From NCBI GenBank assembly GCA_963841435.1, contig CAWJCS010000004.1, forward strand, positions 1 through 64,000: a stretch of 64,000 nucleotides of DNA, written 5' to 3'. The position numbers and the translations under genes were made by a program. The notes under the pieces are model-generated. The model was not told the DNA's origin and did no database searches. It worked only from the letters and a program-made list of their open reading frames with translations. This stretch comes from an uncultured delta proteobacterium. GTDB taxonomy: Bacteria > Myxococcota_A > Polyangia > Polyangiales > Polyangiaceae. This document shows positions 34,083-44,771 of the stretch, in pieces. The first letter of the stretch is position 1, and each line of letters starts with the position of its first letter.

Positions 34083-35920
34083 ATCCCGCCGCTTCCCATC
34101 TGATCCGGCGCGTGCTCGGCCTGCAGGCTGCGTTCACGCTGCTCGGCGCCGCGCTGGTCGCGGTGTTGTCGCCGCGCTTCCTCCTTTTGGGTGGCTCGGT
34201 CGCGATCGAAGGCGCTCGGGCGCTCGGCGTCGGGCTCACGGCGGGCGGGCTCTTTGCGCTCGTCCCGTCGGGGCTCAGGCTAAGGCGCCATCGTTTCGTG
34301 CTGCGGGCGCTCGCGCTCGGCTCGCGTGCCGTCGAGGCGCACGATCTTTACGCGCTCGCCGAGGAGCCGCGGCGCATCATCGTCGGCTGGTTCGTCCCCT
34401 CGGCGCTCGGCTGCGCGCTTTCGACGCTGCCGTTCGGCCCGAAAACGCTGGATGGCGGCACGAGCGTCACGCTGTGCTTGCTCGGTCTCGCCATGGCGGG
34501 CTCGGCCTCGTTGCCGCTGTTCGTCATGCTGCGCACGGCCGTCGCCCGCGCGCTCATGCTCGCGCCCGTCTCCGTGATGCGCGAAGTGATCGACGACGCC
34601 GAGCGGCTCGGGCTCGTCGCGCGGCGCATCCCGCACCGCATGGTGTTGGCCGTCGCGCTACCGGTCGGCTGCCTGGCGCTCGGCTCGTTGCTCATCGTGG
34701 CCGGGCACGTGCGCCGCGCCGACGAGCGAAACCGCGAGGAGACGGCGCGTCTCGTCTCGCGCGCCGCGCTCGAGCCAGAGCCGGGGCCGCAGGCCTGGGC
34801 TGGGATTCGCGAGGCCGTCGTCCAGGCGCGCGCCCTCGGCTTCTACGCGAACTCGCAGCGTGAGCCCGACGAATACCGCGTGGAGCACGGCAAGGGTGGG
34901 CAGCTCATCGTGATAACCCCGCTCGACCGCGGCAGCGCCAGCATGGAGTTTCCGGCGTCGACCGTCACCGTGGTCAACGGCGCGGCGCTGCTCGTCGCGG
35001 CGATCGGCACGCTTCTCGCGGCCCTTGCGGGGCTCGGTGTGGGGCGTGTGCTCGGCGCGGATCTCGAAGCCGCCACGGCCGACGTTCGGGCGCTCGGCAC
35101 GGAAACCGTGATCGGCGGCGGGCGGCGCCTCCTACACCGGGCACGCTTTCCGATCGTGGCGCGCCTGGGGCTCGCGATCGCGCGCCTGACGGGCCGTTTC
35201 CGCGTCTTCGCGCGCGCGCAGGAGCGCACCATCGCCGCCAAGGACGCCGCGGTGCGCATGCGCGGGCTGTTCTTCGCCTCCGTGAGCCACGATCTCAAGA
35301 GCCCGCTCAATGCCATCCTGGGGTTTACCGAGCTCGTGCGCCGCGCGCAGCCGGTCACGGCCGGTCAGGCCGAGAGCTTGAACCTCATCGAGCGGCGCGG
35401 GCGCGAGCTGCTCGCGCTCATCGAGACGATCCTCGACGCCGCGCGCGTCGAGGCGGGCCAGCTCACGCTCGTGCTCGACGCCATCGACGCGAAAACCGTG
35501 CTCGAGCAGTCGATCGTCAAGGGGCGCGACCTCGGAGGCGACTACGACGTGCAGGCCGTCGTCGAGATCGCGCCGGGACTCCGCCCGCTCTCCGTCGACC
35601 GGGTGCGTCTGCCGCGGGCTCTGTCGACCTTCCTCGCCTGCGCGATGCGCGCGGCGCGCGGCCCTACCTTTCGCATCGTGGTCTCGCCGGACGGCCCCGA
35701 CCTTGCCCGCATGGAAATCGAGGTCCAGGGCGAAGCGAGCGTCACCGACATCGCGGCGATCCTCGATCCGACGCGTGCCACGGGCGGCGCGGTGCACCGG
35801 GGGTTCGCCATGGCCCTGCGCCTCGGACGTTCCATCGTCGAGCTGCACCAGGGGTCCCTCTCGCTTTCCAAGCACGAGGACGGCGGCTCGATCGTGCTCC
35901 ACTTGCCGACGGTTGGCTGA
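34079..35920 (+). CDS. Multi-TM histidine kinase-like protein with degenerate ATPase domain
   Basis: H box SHDLKSPLN is intact; N, G1 and G2 boxes are not conserved. Confidence 0.8.
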   Translation: MNPAASHLIRRVLGLQAAFTLLGAALVAVLSPRFLLLGGSVAIEGARALGVGLTAGGLFALVPSGLRLRRHRFVLRALALGSRAVEAHDLYALAEEPRRIIVGWFVPSALGCALSTLPFGPKTLDGGTSVTLCLLGLAMAGSASLPLFVMLRTAVARALMLAPVSVMREVIDDAERLGLVARRIPHRMVLAVALPVGCLALGSLLIVAGHVRRADERNREETARLVSRAALEPEPGPQAWAGIREAVVQARALGFYANSQREPDEYRVEHGKGGQLIVITPLDRGSASMEFPASTVTVVNGAALLVAAIGTLLAALAGLGVGRVLGADLEAATADVRALGTETVIGGGRRLLHRARFPIVARLGLAIARLTGRFRVFARAQERTIAAKDAAVRMRGLFFASVSHDLKSPLNAILGFTELVRRAQPVTAGQAESLNLIERRGRELLALIETILDAARVEAGQLTLVLDAIDAKTVLEQSIVKGRDLGGDYDVQAVVEIAPGLRPLSVDRVRLPRALSTFLACAMRAARGPTFRIVVSPDGPDLARMEIEVQGEASVTDIAAILDPTRATGGAVHRGFAMALRLGRSIVELHQGSLSLSKHEDGGSIVLHLPTVG

Positions 35921-35950
35921 CGAGTAGAGTCGCGAAAGGGCCCACCCCGT

Positions 35951-37030
35951 ATGCCGAAGAGGAAGACCCCGCACGCCGATCACGACGAGCGCGCCCGGCC
36001 TGACCCGGCGAGCGACGGCGTCCTCGATCCGGGCGAGGGCTCGGACGACGAACGTTTCGATCGCGTGTTCCGACCGACGTCGCTCGCCGAGTTCGTGGGG
36101 CAGGAGCAGCACAAGAAGAACCTGCAGGTGTACGTGGAGGCGGCGCGCCGCCGCGGCGAGCCGCTCGACCACGTGCTGCTCTGCGGTCCTCCCGGGCTCG
36201 GCAAGACCACGCTCGCGCACATCCTCGCCAGGGAGATGGGCACGCAGATCACCGTGACGAGCGGCCCGGCGGTGGAGCACAAGGGCGTGCTGACGGGCAT
36301 GCTAACGCGCGTCGAGCGTGGCGACGTCGTGTTCATCGACGAGATCCACCGGCTTTCGCCACCCGTCGAGGAAGCGCTCTATCCGGCGGTCGAGGATTTT
36401 CGCATCGACGTCATGATGGGCGAGGGGGCGTTCGCCGAGAGCCTGACGCTCGACGTGAAGCCCTTCACGCTCGTCGGCGCCACGACGCGCACGGGGCTTC
36501 TCACCAAGCCCTTGCAGGAGCGCTTTGGCGTCACGCTGCGCCTCGATTTCTACCCCCCCGCCGATCTCGAGCGCATCGTCGATCGTAGCGCCCGGCTGCT
36601 CGGCGTGCCCTGCGATCCGGAGGGCGCCAGGGCGCTTGCCATGCGCTCGCGAGGCACGCCGCGCGTCGCCAACCGGCTGCTCAGGCGCGCGCGCGACTTC
36701 GCCGATATCGAGGGCTCCGGCCGCATCGATCGCCACATCGTCGAGCTGTGTTGCGAGCGAGTGGGCGTTGACGAGGTCGGCCTCGACGAGATGGACCGGC
36801 GGCTGCTGCTCGTGCTCATCGACCACTACGACGGCGGGCCCGTCGGCGTCGAAACGATCGCCGCGGCGCTCGCCGAGCCGCGCGACACCATCGAGGACGT
36901 GTACGAGCCGTACCTCTTGCAGCAAGGATTTCTGGGTCGCACGCCGCGCGGCCGCATCGCGACCAAGAAGGCGTTCGAGCACCTCGGCCGCACGCCGCGC
37001 GCCACCACCGAACAAGGAAGGCTCTTCTGA
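35951..37030 (+). CDS. ruvB: Holliday junction branch migration ATPase
   Basis: [25 protein letters not shown] and GGPVG motifs. Confidence 0.98.
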   Translation: MPKRKTPHADHDERARPDPASDGVLDPGEGSDDERFDRVFRPTSLAEFVGQEQHKKNLQVYVEAARRRGEPLDHVLLCGPPGLGKTTLAHILAREMGTQITVTSGPAVEHKGVLTGMLTRVERGDVVFIDEIHRLSPPVEEALYPAVEDFRIDVMMGEGAFAESLTLDVKPFTLVGATTRTGLLTKPLQERFGVTLRLDFYPPADLERIVDRSARLLGVPCDPEGARALAMRSRGTPRVANRLLRRARDFADIEGSGRIDRHIVELCCERVGVDEVGLDEMDRRLLLVLIDHYDGGPVGVETIAAALAEPRDTIEDVYEPYLLQQGFLGRTPRGRIATKKAFEHLGRTPRATTEQGRLF

Positions 37031-37827
37031 TGGTTGCCACCGCCGACGTCGAGCTCGCCTCCGCTCGGCCGAGCTCGGAGCCGTGGTCTCAGGCGGGCAG
37101 CGGCGAGCGCGCGCGCCGCGGCATCCTGCTCGTGCATGGCTTCACGGGTAGCCCCGTGTCGCTCCGGCCGCTCGCCGAAGCGCTCGCCGCGCGCGGCTTC
37201 ACGGTGGATCTCCCGCGTCTGCCGGGCCACGGCACCAACTTTCGCGACATGGTGAAGACCCGCTACGCCGACTGGCGCGAGGGCGTCCGAGCCGACGCCG
37301 CTCGACTGCGCGGTCGCGTGGACCGCCTGGTGATCGTCGGCCTGTCGATGGGCGGCACGCTCGCGCTCGACATTGCGAGCGGCGGGGACGTCGCGATCGA
37401 TGGTGTGGTCACCATCAACGCGCAAATCCTCGACCGCGAGGGCATCGTCGTGAAGCTCGGCCCCATCATCGAGAAGCTCTTGCCCATCGTTCCCGCGGCC
37501 GTCGCCGGTATCACCAAGAACGACATCGCCAAGCCCGACGTGCTCGAACAGGCCTACACCTGGGTGCCGACCGCGGCAGGGAATTCGCTGCTCCGCGCGC
37601 TGCCGCGGGTCCGCTCTCAGCTTTCCAAAGTGTCGTGCCCCGTGCTCGTCATGGTGTCGAAGAACGACCACAGCGTCTCGCCCAAGAACTCGGCCGCTCT
37701 GCTCGAGCTCATCAAGAGCCCCAAGCTCGAGAGCCTGGTGCTCGAGCGCTCGTATCACGTCGCGACGCTCGACTACGATCGCGAGCTCATCGAAGAGCGC
37801 GTCACCGCGTTCGCCGACGCGCTGTGA
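37030..37827 (+). CDS. Alpha/beta-hydrolase (carboxylesterase / monoacylglycerol lipase type)
   Basis: HGFTG, GLSMGG, NDH and SYH motifs. Confidence 0.9.
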   Translation: MVATADVELASARPSSEPWSQAGSGERARRGILLVHGFTGSPVSLRPLAEALAARGFTVDLPRLPGHGTNFRDMVKTRYADWREGVRADAARLRGRVDRLVIVGLSMGGTLALDIASGGDVAIDGVVTINAQILDREGIVVKLGPIIEKLLPIVPAAVAGITKNDIAKPDVLEQAYTWVPTAAGNSLLRALPRVRSQLSKVSCPVLVMVSKNDHSVSPKNSAALLELIKSPKLESLVLERSYHVATLDYDRELIEERVTAFADAL

Positions 37828-38026
37828 CGCCCGAGCCGCGCGCCGAGACGCCCTTTTCGTGTTTGGGGTAGGGGCGACCGCCGCCCGACGGCGCGAGTGA
37901 CGCCGCCCAGCGCCGTTCCACCCCAGCGTCAGCGCTCGTCGCCGCCCGCCCGTCGCGGCGCGTCGCGCCGTTTTTGGTGTAAGGCGCGGCGGCGGCGCGC
38001 GTTCTCAGGTTCGAAAGGACCCCGCC

Positions 38027-38635
38027 ATGACCCGGATGCCGCTCGCTTTGCTCTCGCTGCTCCTCTTTTCCCGTGCCGCCGCCGCACAAGAGTTCGCCGA
38101 GCCGCCCGGCGGGCCCCTGCTCCCGAGCGAGCCCCCCACCGACGCGCCCTTCGTCGAAACGCGGCCCGACCCTCCCGCCGACTCGAGCACGCTGCGCGTC
38201 AGCGTGGGCCCGGTGCTTCGCGTCGCTCGGACGACGGCGGACGGCGGGCTCGCCGCAGCGCTCGACGTGGGCTCGGGTCCGGCCGGCGCGCGGTTCACGG
38301 GCACGTGGGTGCGCGTCGGCAGCGACGAGGGACTCTCCGAATACCGCGGCGAGCTCTTCATCGACTTCGGCTCCGAACGCCGGCTCCATCCCATCGTCGG
38401 CGCGGGTGCCGGCATTGCGCGGCTCGGCAGCCCGGGGCCGGACGGAACGCCCGTCATCGCGACGTACGGCGTCGGCGTGCTCAGAGGCACGCTCGAATAC
38501 GTGCTCCCCGTGTCGCGTGCCGACGCCCGCATCGGCATCGACGCGAGCGGCAGCGTGCCGGCAATCCAGGCAAAATCTGCCGCGAATGCCGGCCCCTGGC
38601 TGCTCTTTACGGCGCGCGTCGGCGTGGGTTTCTGA
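38027..38635 (+). CDS. Secreted protein, probable outer-membrane beta-barrel
   Basis: Signal peptide; C-terminal RVGVGF. Confidence 0.65.
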   Translation: MTRMPLALLSLLLFSRAAAAQEFAEPPGGPLLPSEPPTDAPFVETRPDPPADSSTLRVSVGPVLRVARTTADGGLAAALDVGSGPAGARFTGTWVRVGSDEGLSEYRGELFIDFGSERRLHPIVGAGAGIARLGSPGPDGTPVIATYGVGVLRGTLEYVLPVSRADARIGIDASGSVPAIQAKSAANAGPWLLFTARVGVGF

Positions 38636-38713
38636 GCTCGCCGTCGTACGGCGCTCGGGCAAGCTCGACGGTTTGCTCGCATCTCGCGAGCGGTGCACTA
38701 CGATCCCGCCCCG

Positions 38714-40447
38714 ATGAAGGTCCGTGCCGTGGCGGTCGCCTCCGAGCGCAGCAACGCGGTCGGAACCGTCGAGCTGGAATGCACGCCGCACGGCCTGTCG
38801 CTCGTGCACCTCGGTGTGGGCGCCTTCAGCGAGGACTATGCGCCGGGGGCCCTCACGAGCGGGACGCGCGTGCTCGTGCCGTGGTCGGCCGTCGACGAAG
38901 CACAGGTCGAGGGCGAGCGGCTCTATTTGGCGTTCGATCCCGCGCTGAGCCCCCACCATCGCCTCTTGCTCTCGAGCTTTTCCACGGGCCGGAGCAGCGA
39001 GCCCCGCACCGTGCGGCGCCAGCGTGCCCTGGTGCGCGCGGCGACGGGGGCCTCGGCCATACTCGCAGCGTTGCTCTCCGCGCTCTTCGCGTCGCGCGTC
39101 ACGGGGCTCGGCCCGGCGCTCGCCGTGGGCGCCGGCGCGTTCGGCGCCGTGCTCGTGCTCGCGATCGGGGTCATGGCCGACCGCCTGGTCGCTTTCGGCA
39201 TCGTGCCGCCCGACACCGTGCGGGCCGAGCTCTTCGGTCAGCTCGACCGCTACTTGCCGGCGCTGGCGCGCGCCGAGGCCGCCCCGGCGAAGAAGATGCG
39301 CCGCCTCACGCTCGGCGACCTCCAGGGCGTGCTGCCACGGACGACGTTCGCCATCGTCGTCACGCTGACGGCGAGCAGCCTCGCGGCCGTGCTGGTCGCG
39401 CACTGGACGTTCGGTGACGAGCGGCGCGCGGTCCGAGCGCTGCCCGCGGCGCCGCGCGAAGAGCCCGCGAACGTGGCCGTGCAGGCGCCGCGCCCGCTCG
39501 AGCCCACGTCGCGGCCGTCCGCGGCCCCGGCGGCGCGAGCGCCGGCCCGCCCCGCGGCACCGATGGGCGGCGCAACACTCGGAGACCCCTGTCGCTGCGC
39601 GCGCGCCGATTCGCTGCTCTGGTCGGATCCCATCCCGCGCCTGAGCGTGCTTTTCCTGCGTCAGCGCGTGCGTGCGGGACGCGGCGCGCCGCACCACGAG
39701 AGCGTTCGCAAGCGCTACCTCGACCTCGACGTGGCCGTCGTGAACAACGGCGACACCGACATCGACGAGATCACGCTCGTGGTGCTCTTCTACGCGCGCG
39801 ACGCGGGGGGCAAGCACCGCGAGCAGGTGGCGAGCCGCCCGCTTTTCTACGAGGGGCCGCTGCGGCCAGGGCAGGCGATCAAATGGAGCACCGACGCCGA
39901 AGGCACCGAGGTGGAGGTGCAGGCACCCGTGCTCGGCAGCCTCGGGCTCGAAGGCGAGTCGCTCGCGCCGTCGGACCGCTTCGCCGAGCTGCTCGAGGCC
40001 AACAACCGCCCCGTGCGTTTACACGCGGCGCGGCTGCTCGCGTTCCTCGGCGATCGGCGCGCGCGAGAGGGCATCTTGAAGCTACGCGAAGCGCTGCGCG
40101 AGGACGAGGCGCCGTACCTCGACCGTCTGCTGCAGGCGACCGCTGAGGCACGCGTCTGCCGGCTCGACGTCGCCGACGAGGCCGGCGGTCGCAGCGTGCG
40201 CGGCTGCCTGTTCAACGCGAGCCACGAGGCGAAGAAGGATCTCGGCGTGAAGCTCAGGGGTCTCGATCAGGGCGTCGTACCGGGCGATCCGGTCGGCGCG
40301 CCACCCACTCTGCTCGTCGAGCAGGTGCTCTCCGTCCCGGGCGAGCTCGCTGCCGAGACCGGCGTCGCGTTCACCGGTCGGCTGCCGAGCGAGGGCACAC
40401 CGGTCGTTTGGGAGGCGGTCGCCGACAGGGTCGATCTGCTACGCTGA
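38714..40447 (+). CDS. Hypothetical membrane protein
   Basis: Long ORF with GC3-biased codons and about three TM segments. Confidence 0.75.
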   Translation: MKVRAVAVASERSNAVGTVELECTPHGLSLVHLGVGAFSEDYAPGALTSGTRVLVPWSAVDEAQVEGERLYLAFDPALSPHHRLLLSSFSTGRSSEPRTVRRQRALVRAATGASAILAALLSALFASRVTGLGPALAVGAGAFGAVLVLAIGVMADRLVAFGIVPPDTVRAELFGQLDRYLPALARAEAAPAKKMRRLTLGDLQGVLPRTTFAIVVTLTASSLAAVLVAHWTFGDERRAVRALPAAPREEPANVAVQAPRPLEPTSRPSAAPAARAPARPAAPMGGATLGDPCRCARADSLLWSDPIPRLSVLFLRQRVRAGRGAPHHESVRKRYLDLDVAVVNNGDTDIDEITLVVLFYARDAGGKHREQVASRPLFYEGPLRPGQAIKWSTDAEGTEVEVQAPVLGSLGLEGESLAPSDRFAELLEANNRPVRLHAARLLAFLGDRRAREGILKLREALREDEAPYLDRLLQATAEARVCRLDVADEAGGRSVRGCLFNASHEAKKDLGVKLRGLDQGVVPGDPVGAPPTLLVEQVLSVPGELAAETGVAFTGRLPSEGTPVVWEAVADRVDLLR

Positions 40448-40453
40448 GTCCCC

Positions 40454-41646
40454 ATGATTTCTGCTTCTTTTCCCTGCTTGGCGTTGCGAGCCGGTCGGCG
40501 CGCGGTCGTCGTGCTCGCGTTCACGCTCCCCGCCTGCGGGGGTGGGGCGGACGACGAGCCCGCGGCCGAGGCTCCCGCGCTGGTTTGCGATCCGAGCTTG
40601 CGCGCGCTCGGCGACATCACCGCGAAGAATCCGCTCGTCTCCGTCGGCGCCCGCGTCAGCGCGAGCGCCGGCGTCGAGAATCCCGAACGTGCAGTGGACG
40701 GGTACTATCACCAGAATGGCCCGGCGCGCCTGGGCACGCCGACGGACGACGCGCCGGCCTGGATCGCCATCGAGCTCGAAGGCGATTTCACGCGGCTGCT
40801 CCTGAGCTGGGACGATGCCGGCTACGGCAACTACACCCTCGCCGACGAAGCTCCGCTCGACTACGTGCTCGAGACATCGGGCGACTCGACGGACGGCGAG
40901 GACGGCAGCTGGACGAGCGTCGTCGCCGTCACCGGCAACCCAGTGCGCTCGCGTGCCCATTCCTTCGATTTCGTCGATCGACACTGGGTCAGGATCACCG
41001 TCACCGCGGGTCACGCCAAGCCGGTCACGCTCGACGAGATTTCACTCTTCGATCTCGGGGCGGTGGGTGACGGGCGCGCGCCCGACACGTGGTTCTTCCT
41101 CGGCGACAGCATCACGGCGGGCGCGTTCCAGAAGACGGCTGGCTCGTTCGGCAACTTCGACGCACGCATCCACGCGGCTCTGCCGGGCTACAGCCCCGCG
41201 GTCATCAACGGCGGCATCGGCGGCGAGCTGTTCAACGGGCGGTCGCGACCGGCTCGACCAAGTCCTCGATTCTGAATCCCGACTTCACGTTCTTCGGCAT
41301 CGGCTACGGCACCAACGACTCGTGGGGCGACCAGCACCTCGAATTCACGAGCTTCGAGAGCGCCATGACCGACATCGTCGATCGGCTGCTCGCAGCGGGG
41401 AGGGTGCCCATCCTCGCGCGCATCCCCTACGCCTCGACGGCCCACGACACCCTGCCCGAGTTCAACGCCGTCATCGATCGGCTCACGCGCGAGCGCGGGC
41501 TACCCTGTGGGCCCGATCTCTACGCTCATTTCCAAGCGAGCCCGGACGAGCTCAACACCGACGGCGTGCACCCGAACAGCCTCGGTTACACGCAGATGAA
41601 CGGCGTCTGGGCCGACGCTGCGCTGCCGCTCTACGCCGAGCCCTGA
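40454..41646 (+). CDS. Lipoprotein with discoidin-like domain and SGNH/GDSL hydrolase; frameshift near 41235
   Basis: FLGDSIT and GIGG are in one frame; GTND and DGVHPN are in the next. Confidence 0.8.
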
Positions 41647-42338
41647 GCCAACCCGGCGCGCCGGCCGAGCCGCGGGGCCCGCGACGCTTCCTCGGCCGGG
41701 ACCTCGCGGGCGAAGGCCGTCGCGAGCGCGTCGAACACCGCGTCCGTGCCGGTCACCTCGAGTCGCCCCGCGGCGCGGAGCGCGCGCGCGTCCTGCCCCA
41801 TGAAGAGCCAGGCGAGTAGCGCGTCGATTGGACCCGTGACGACGACATCCGGCGCGGCGGCGCTGCGCTCGCTCACCGACAGGTATCCGGGCTCGAGCCC
41901 GAGCTCGAACGTCCGCGCATCGATCCGGAGCTCGACGCTGGCCCGCATGCCGCCGATGTAGCGGCGCTTGAGCGAAAGCAGCCCCCACGCGACGTTGAAA
42001 CGATCGTGCGGACCGCGCTCGCCCATGTAACGCGCTCCCCAGCGCGCAAGCTCCATGACCGTCGCCTCGAGCGCGCGACCGCTCTCGGTGAGCTCGTAGA
42101 CGCGCGCCGCGAGGGGCGGCGGCATCACGCGGCGCGATACGAGACCGAGCCGCTCGAGCTCCCGAAGCCGCCTCGCGAGCAGGTTCGTCGTCAGGCCGGG
42201 TAGGGCGCTCAAGAGATCCGTGTAGCGGCGCGGCCCGAGTAGGAGCTCTCTGACGAGGAGCAAGGTCCAGCGCTCGCCCACTCTGTCGAGCGCCCGGGCA
42301 AGACCGCATAACTGACTATAATTCCTCTTTGTTTCCAA
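41631..42338 (-). CDS. HxlR-family winged-helix regulator with C-terminal SCP2-like domain
   Basis: Y.Q.C.LARALD.VGERWTLL and YELT.SG motifs. Confidence 0.88.
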   Translation of the reverse strand: METKRNYSQLCGLARALDRVGERWTLLLVRELLLGPRRYTDLLSALPGLTTNLLARRLRELERLGLVSRRVMPPPLAARVYELTESGRALEATVMELARWGARYMGERGPHDRFNVAWGLLSLKRRYIGGMRASVELRIDARTFELGLEPGYLSVSERSAAAPDVVVTGPIDALLAWLFMGQDARALRAAGRLEVTGTDAVFDALATAFAREVPAEEASRAPRLGRRAGLAQGSA

Positions 42339-42399
42339 TCTAACTTATACTATCATATTTAATTGTTCTAACTAATAAAAAATAAAGTAGGCTGCGCGC

Positions 42400-43122
42400 A
42401 TGGTTTCTCCCGTGGTGCGGCTCGGCATTCCCATCCTGGCGCTTTCCCTCTTGCTGCTGTTCGGGCTCGGCGTCCGCCGGGCGGAGCAGCGGCTCGGGTC
42501 ACCTCCGGGGGCGGCGCTTTGGCGCGCGCTCTTCGCCGGCAGCGTGATGGCGGCGTGGATGGCGCTCATCGGCGGTCTCGCGGCGAGCGGCGCCCTCGCG
42601 CACTTCGACCGGCGTCCACCGCCGATGATGGGCGTGTTCGCGGGCACCATCGTGCTCGCGCTCGGTGCGGCGCTCTCTCCGCTCGGGCGCCGGCTCGCCG
42701 GCGGCCTGCCACTCGGCGCGCTCGTCGGCTTTCAGGCGTTTCGCCTGCCGCTCGAGCTCTTGATGCACCGGGCGGCGCAAGACGGCCTGATGCCGAGCGT
42801 CATGTCCTTCGGCGGCTACAACTACGACATCGTGACGGGCGCGAGCGCCGCGCTACTCGGCCTCTGGTTCGTCATCGGCCGGCCATCGCGCGCCGCGGTG
42901 ATGCTCTGGAACGCCCTCGGGAGCACGCTCCTCTTGGTGATCACGTTGATCGCCGCGGCAGCCATGCCAAGCTTTGCCGCTTTCGGCCCCGACCAGCTCA
43001 ACGTCTGGGTCACGCGCTTCCCCTACGTCTGGATGGCCATCATGGTCGGCTCGGCGTTCTTCGGGCACGTGCTCGTGTTCCGGCGCCTTTCGATGGAAGC
43101 CGCAGCACCGCTAATGTCCTGA
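42400..43122 (+). CDS. Multi-pass membrane protein
   Basis: About seven hydrophobic segments; FQAFRLPLE and NYDIVTG motifs. Confidence 0.8.
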   Translation: MVSPVVRLGIPILALSLLLLFGLGVRRAEQRLGSPPGAALWRALFAGSVMAAWMALIGGLAASGALAHFDRRPPPMMGVFAGTIVLALGAALSPLGRRLAGGLPLGALVGFQAFRLPLELLMHRAAQDGLMPSVMSFGGYNYDIVTGASAALLGLWFVIGRPSRAAVMLWNALGSTLLLVITLIAAAAMPSFAAFGPDQLNVWVTRFPYVWMAIMVGSAFFGHVLVFRRLSMEAAAPLMS

Positions 43123-43152
43123 TGAAGCGCGTCTCGCGCACCCTCCGGCCCG

Positions 43153-44711
43153 TCACGCCAGCGGTGGCACGGGGATGTTGTTCTGTTGGAAGATGCTCGC
43201 CAGCGTCGCGCGGTCGTTGCTCTTGGCGAGGGCCTCGTCCGGGGCGACCAGGCCGTCCTTGACCAGCTTGAGCAGGCTGTCGTTCAAGAGCGCCATGCCG
43301 AGCTTGCGGCCCGTTTGCATGATCGACGGGATCTGAAAATCTTCTGCTCGCGGATGAGGTTCGCGATCGCCGGGACGGCGAACATCACCTCGAGCGCCGC
43401 CACGCGGCCGCCGCCGATCTTTTTACAGAGCATCTGACAGATGACGCCGCGCAAGCTGCTCGAAAGCATCACACGGATCTGATTTTGTTGCTCCGGTGGG
43501 AACTGATCGATGATGCGGTCGATCGTGGAAGGCGCGGAAGAGGTGTGGAGCGTCCCGAACACCAGGTGGCCCGTCTCGGCCGTCTCGATTGCGATCGACA
43601 TCGTCTCGAGGTCGCGCATCTCCCCGAGCAGGACGATGTCCGGATCCTCGCGCAACGCCGCCCGCAGGGCGCGCTTGAAGGAATCAGTGTGCTCGCCGAC
43701 CTGACGCTGGTTGATCAGGCACTTCTTGTTCGGATGCACGAACTCGACGGGATCCTCGATGGTGATGACGTGCGCGCTCCGCATGCGATTGATGTAATCG
43801 ATGAGCGCGGCCAACGTGGTCGACTTCCCCGAGCCGGTCGGTCCCGTGACGAGCACGAGCCCCTTCGGCAGCGCGCACAGGGTGAGCAGCTCCTTGGGTA
43901 GCCCGAGCTCCTCCACCGTGAGGATCTTCGTGGGGATGACGCGCAAGACGCCGCCCATGCCGTGTAGATCCACGAACACGTTGACGCGAAAGCGCGCCTT
44001 GCCCGCAAGCTCGTACGCGAAGTCCGAATCGTGCGTGCGCTGGAATTCCTCGCGGTTTCTCGGCGGAACGATCGGCATCAAGATCTTTTGCAGCGCCTCG
44101 GCGCTGAGCGGCCCTTGTCCCGGGATGGGCGCCATCTCGCCGTCGAGTCGCAAGATGGGCGGCGCGCCCGTCGAGAGGTGCAGGTCCGAGGCGCGCTTGT
44201 CGAGCATCACGCCGAGCAGCCGGTCGATCTCCGCGGTGGAGCCCCCGCTCAGCCCGGCGTCGTAGACCAGCTTGTCCGGAGCGATCGGCGGCTGAGTCGG
44301 CAGCGGCCCGAGCCGCGCCTCGGGCTCGACGGGGGGCGGGGGAGCCGCGGGGACGCGCGGCGGGCGCTCCGGCAGGGGCGCCGCACCCGACGGATCGCAG
44401 CGGTCGAGGAACAGCGACACGTGGAGCAGGCCCACCTTGACCTCGCCGCAGGCGCGCACCGGACCCTTGCCGTCGAGATCGAAGTCCCACTCGGCCCAGC
44501 CCGAGGACAGCCCGCGCTTCGCGATCGGCGTCGCGATCGGCGCGATCAGCTCGTCGATGCGCTCCGGCGTCAGCGGATCACCGCGCACCTCGCTCTCGCC
44601 TTGCGGCAAGACGACAATCGTCCGGCGCCCCGGCACGAGCCGCACCTCTGCGGCGCCCACGGACAGCGCGCGCTTCAGCAAATCCACGAGGCTCAGCGAG
44701 GCTTGTGCCAT
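43153..44711 (-). CDS. pilT: Type IV pilus retraction ATPase paralog with extra N-terminal domain; frameshift near 43340
   Basis: GPTGSGKST, TIEDPVE, LREDPD, GHLVFGTLH and AIANLIRE motifs. The C-terminus FQIPSIMQTG... continues in another frame to TGA at 43153. Confidence 0.88.
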
Positions 44712-44771
44712 GACAAAAGAAGACTATCGATCGCCCCTCGACGCAAGAGGCTCGCGTTCGTCCTGCCTGTC

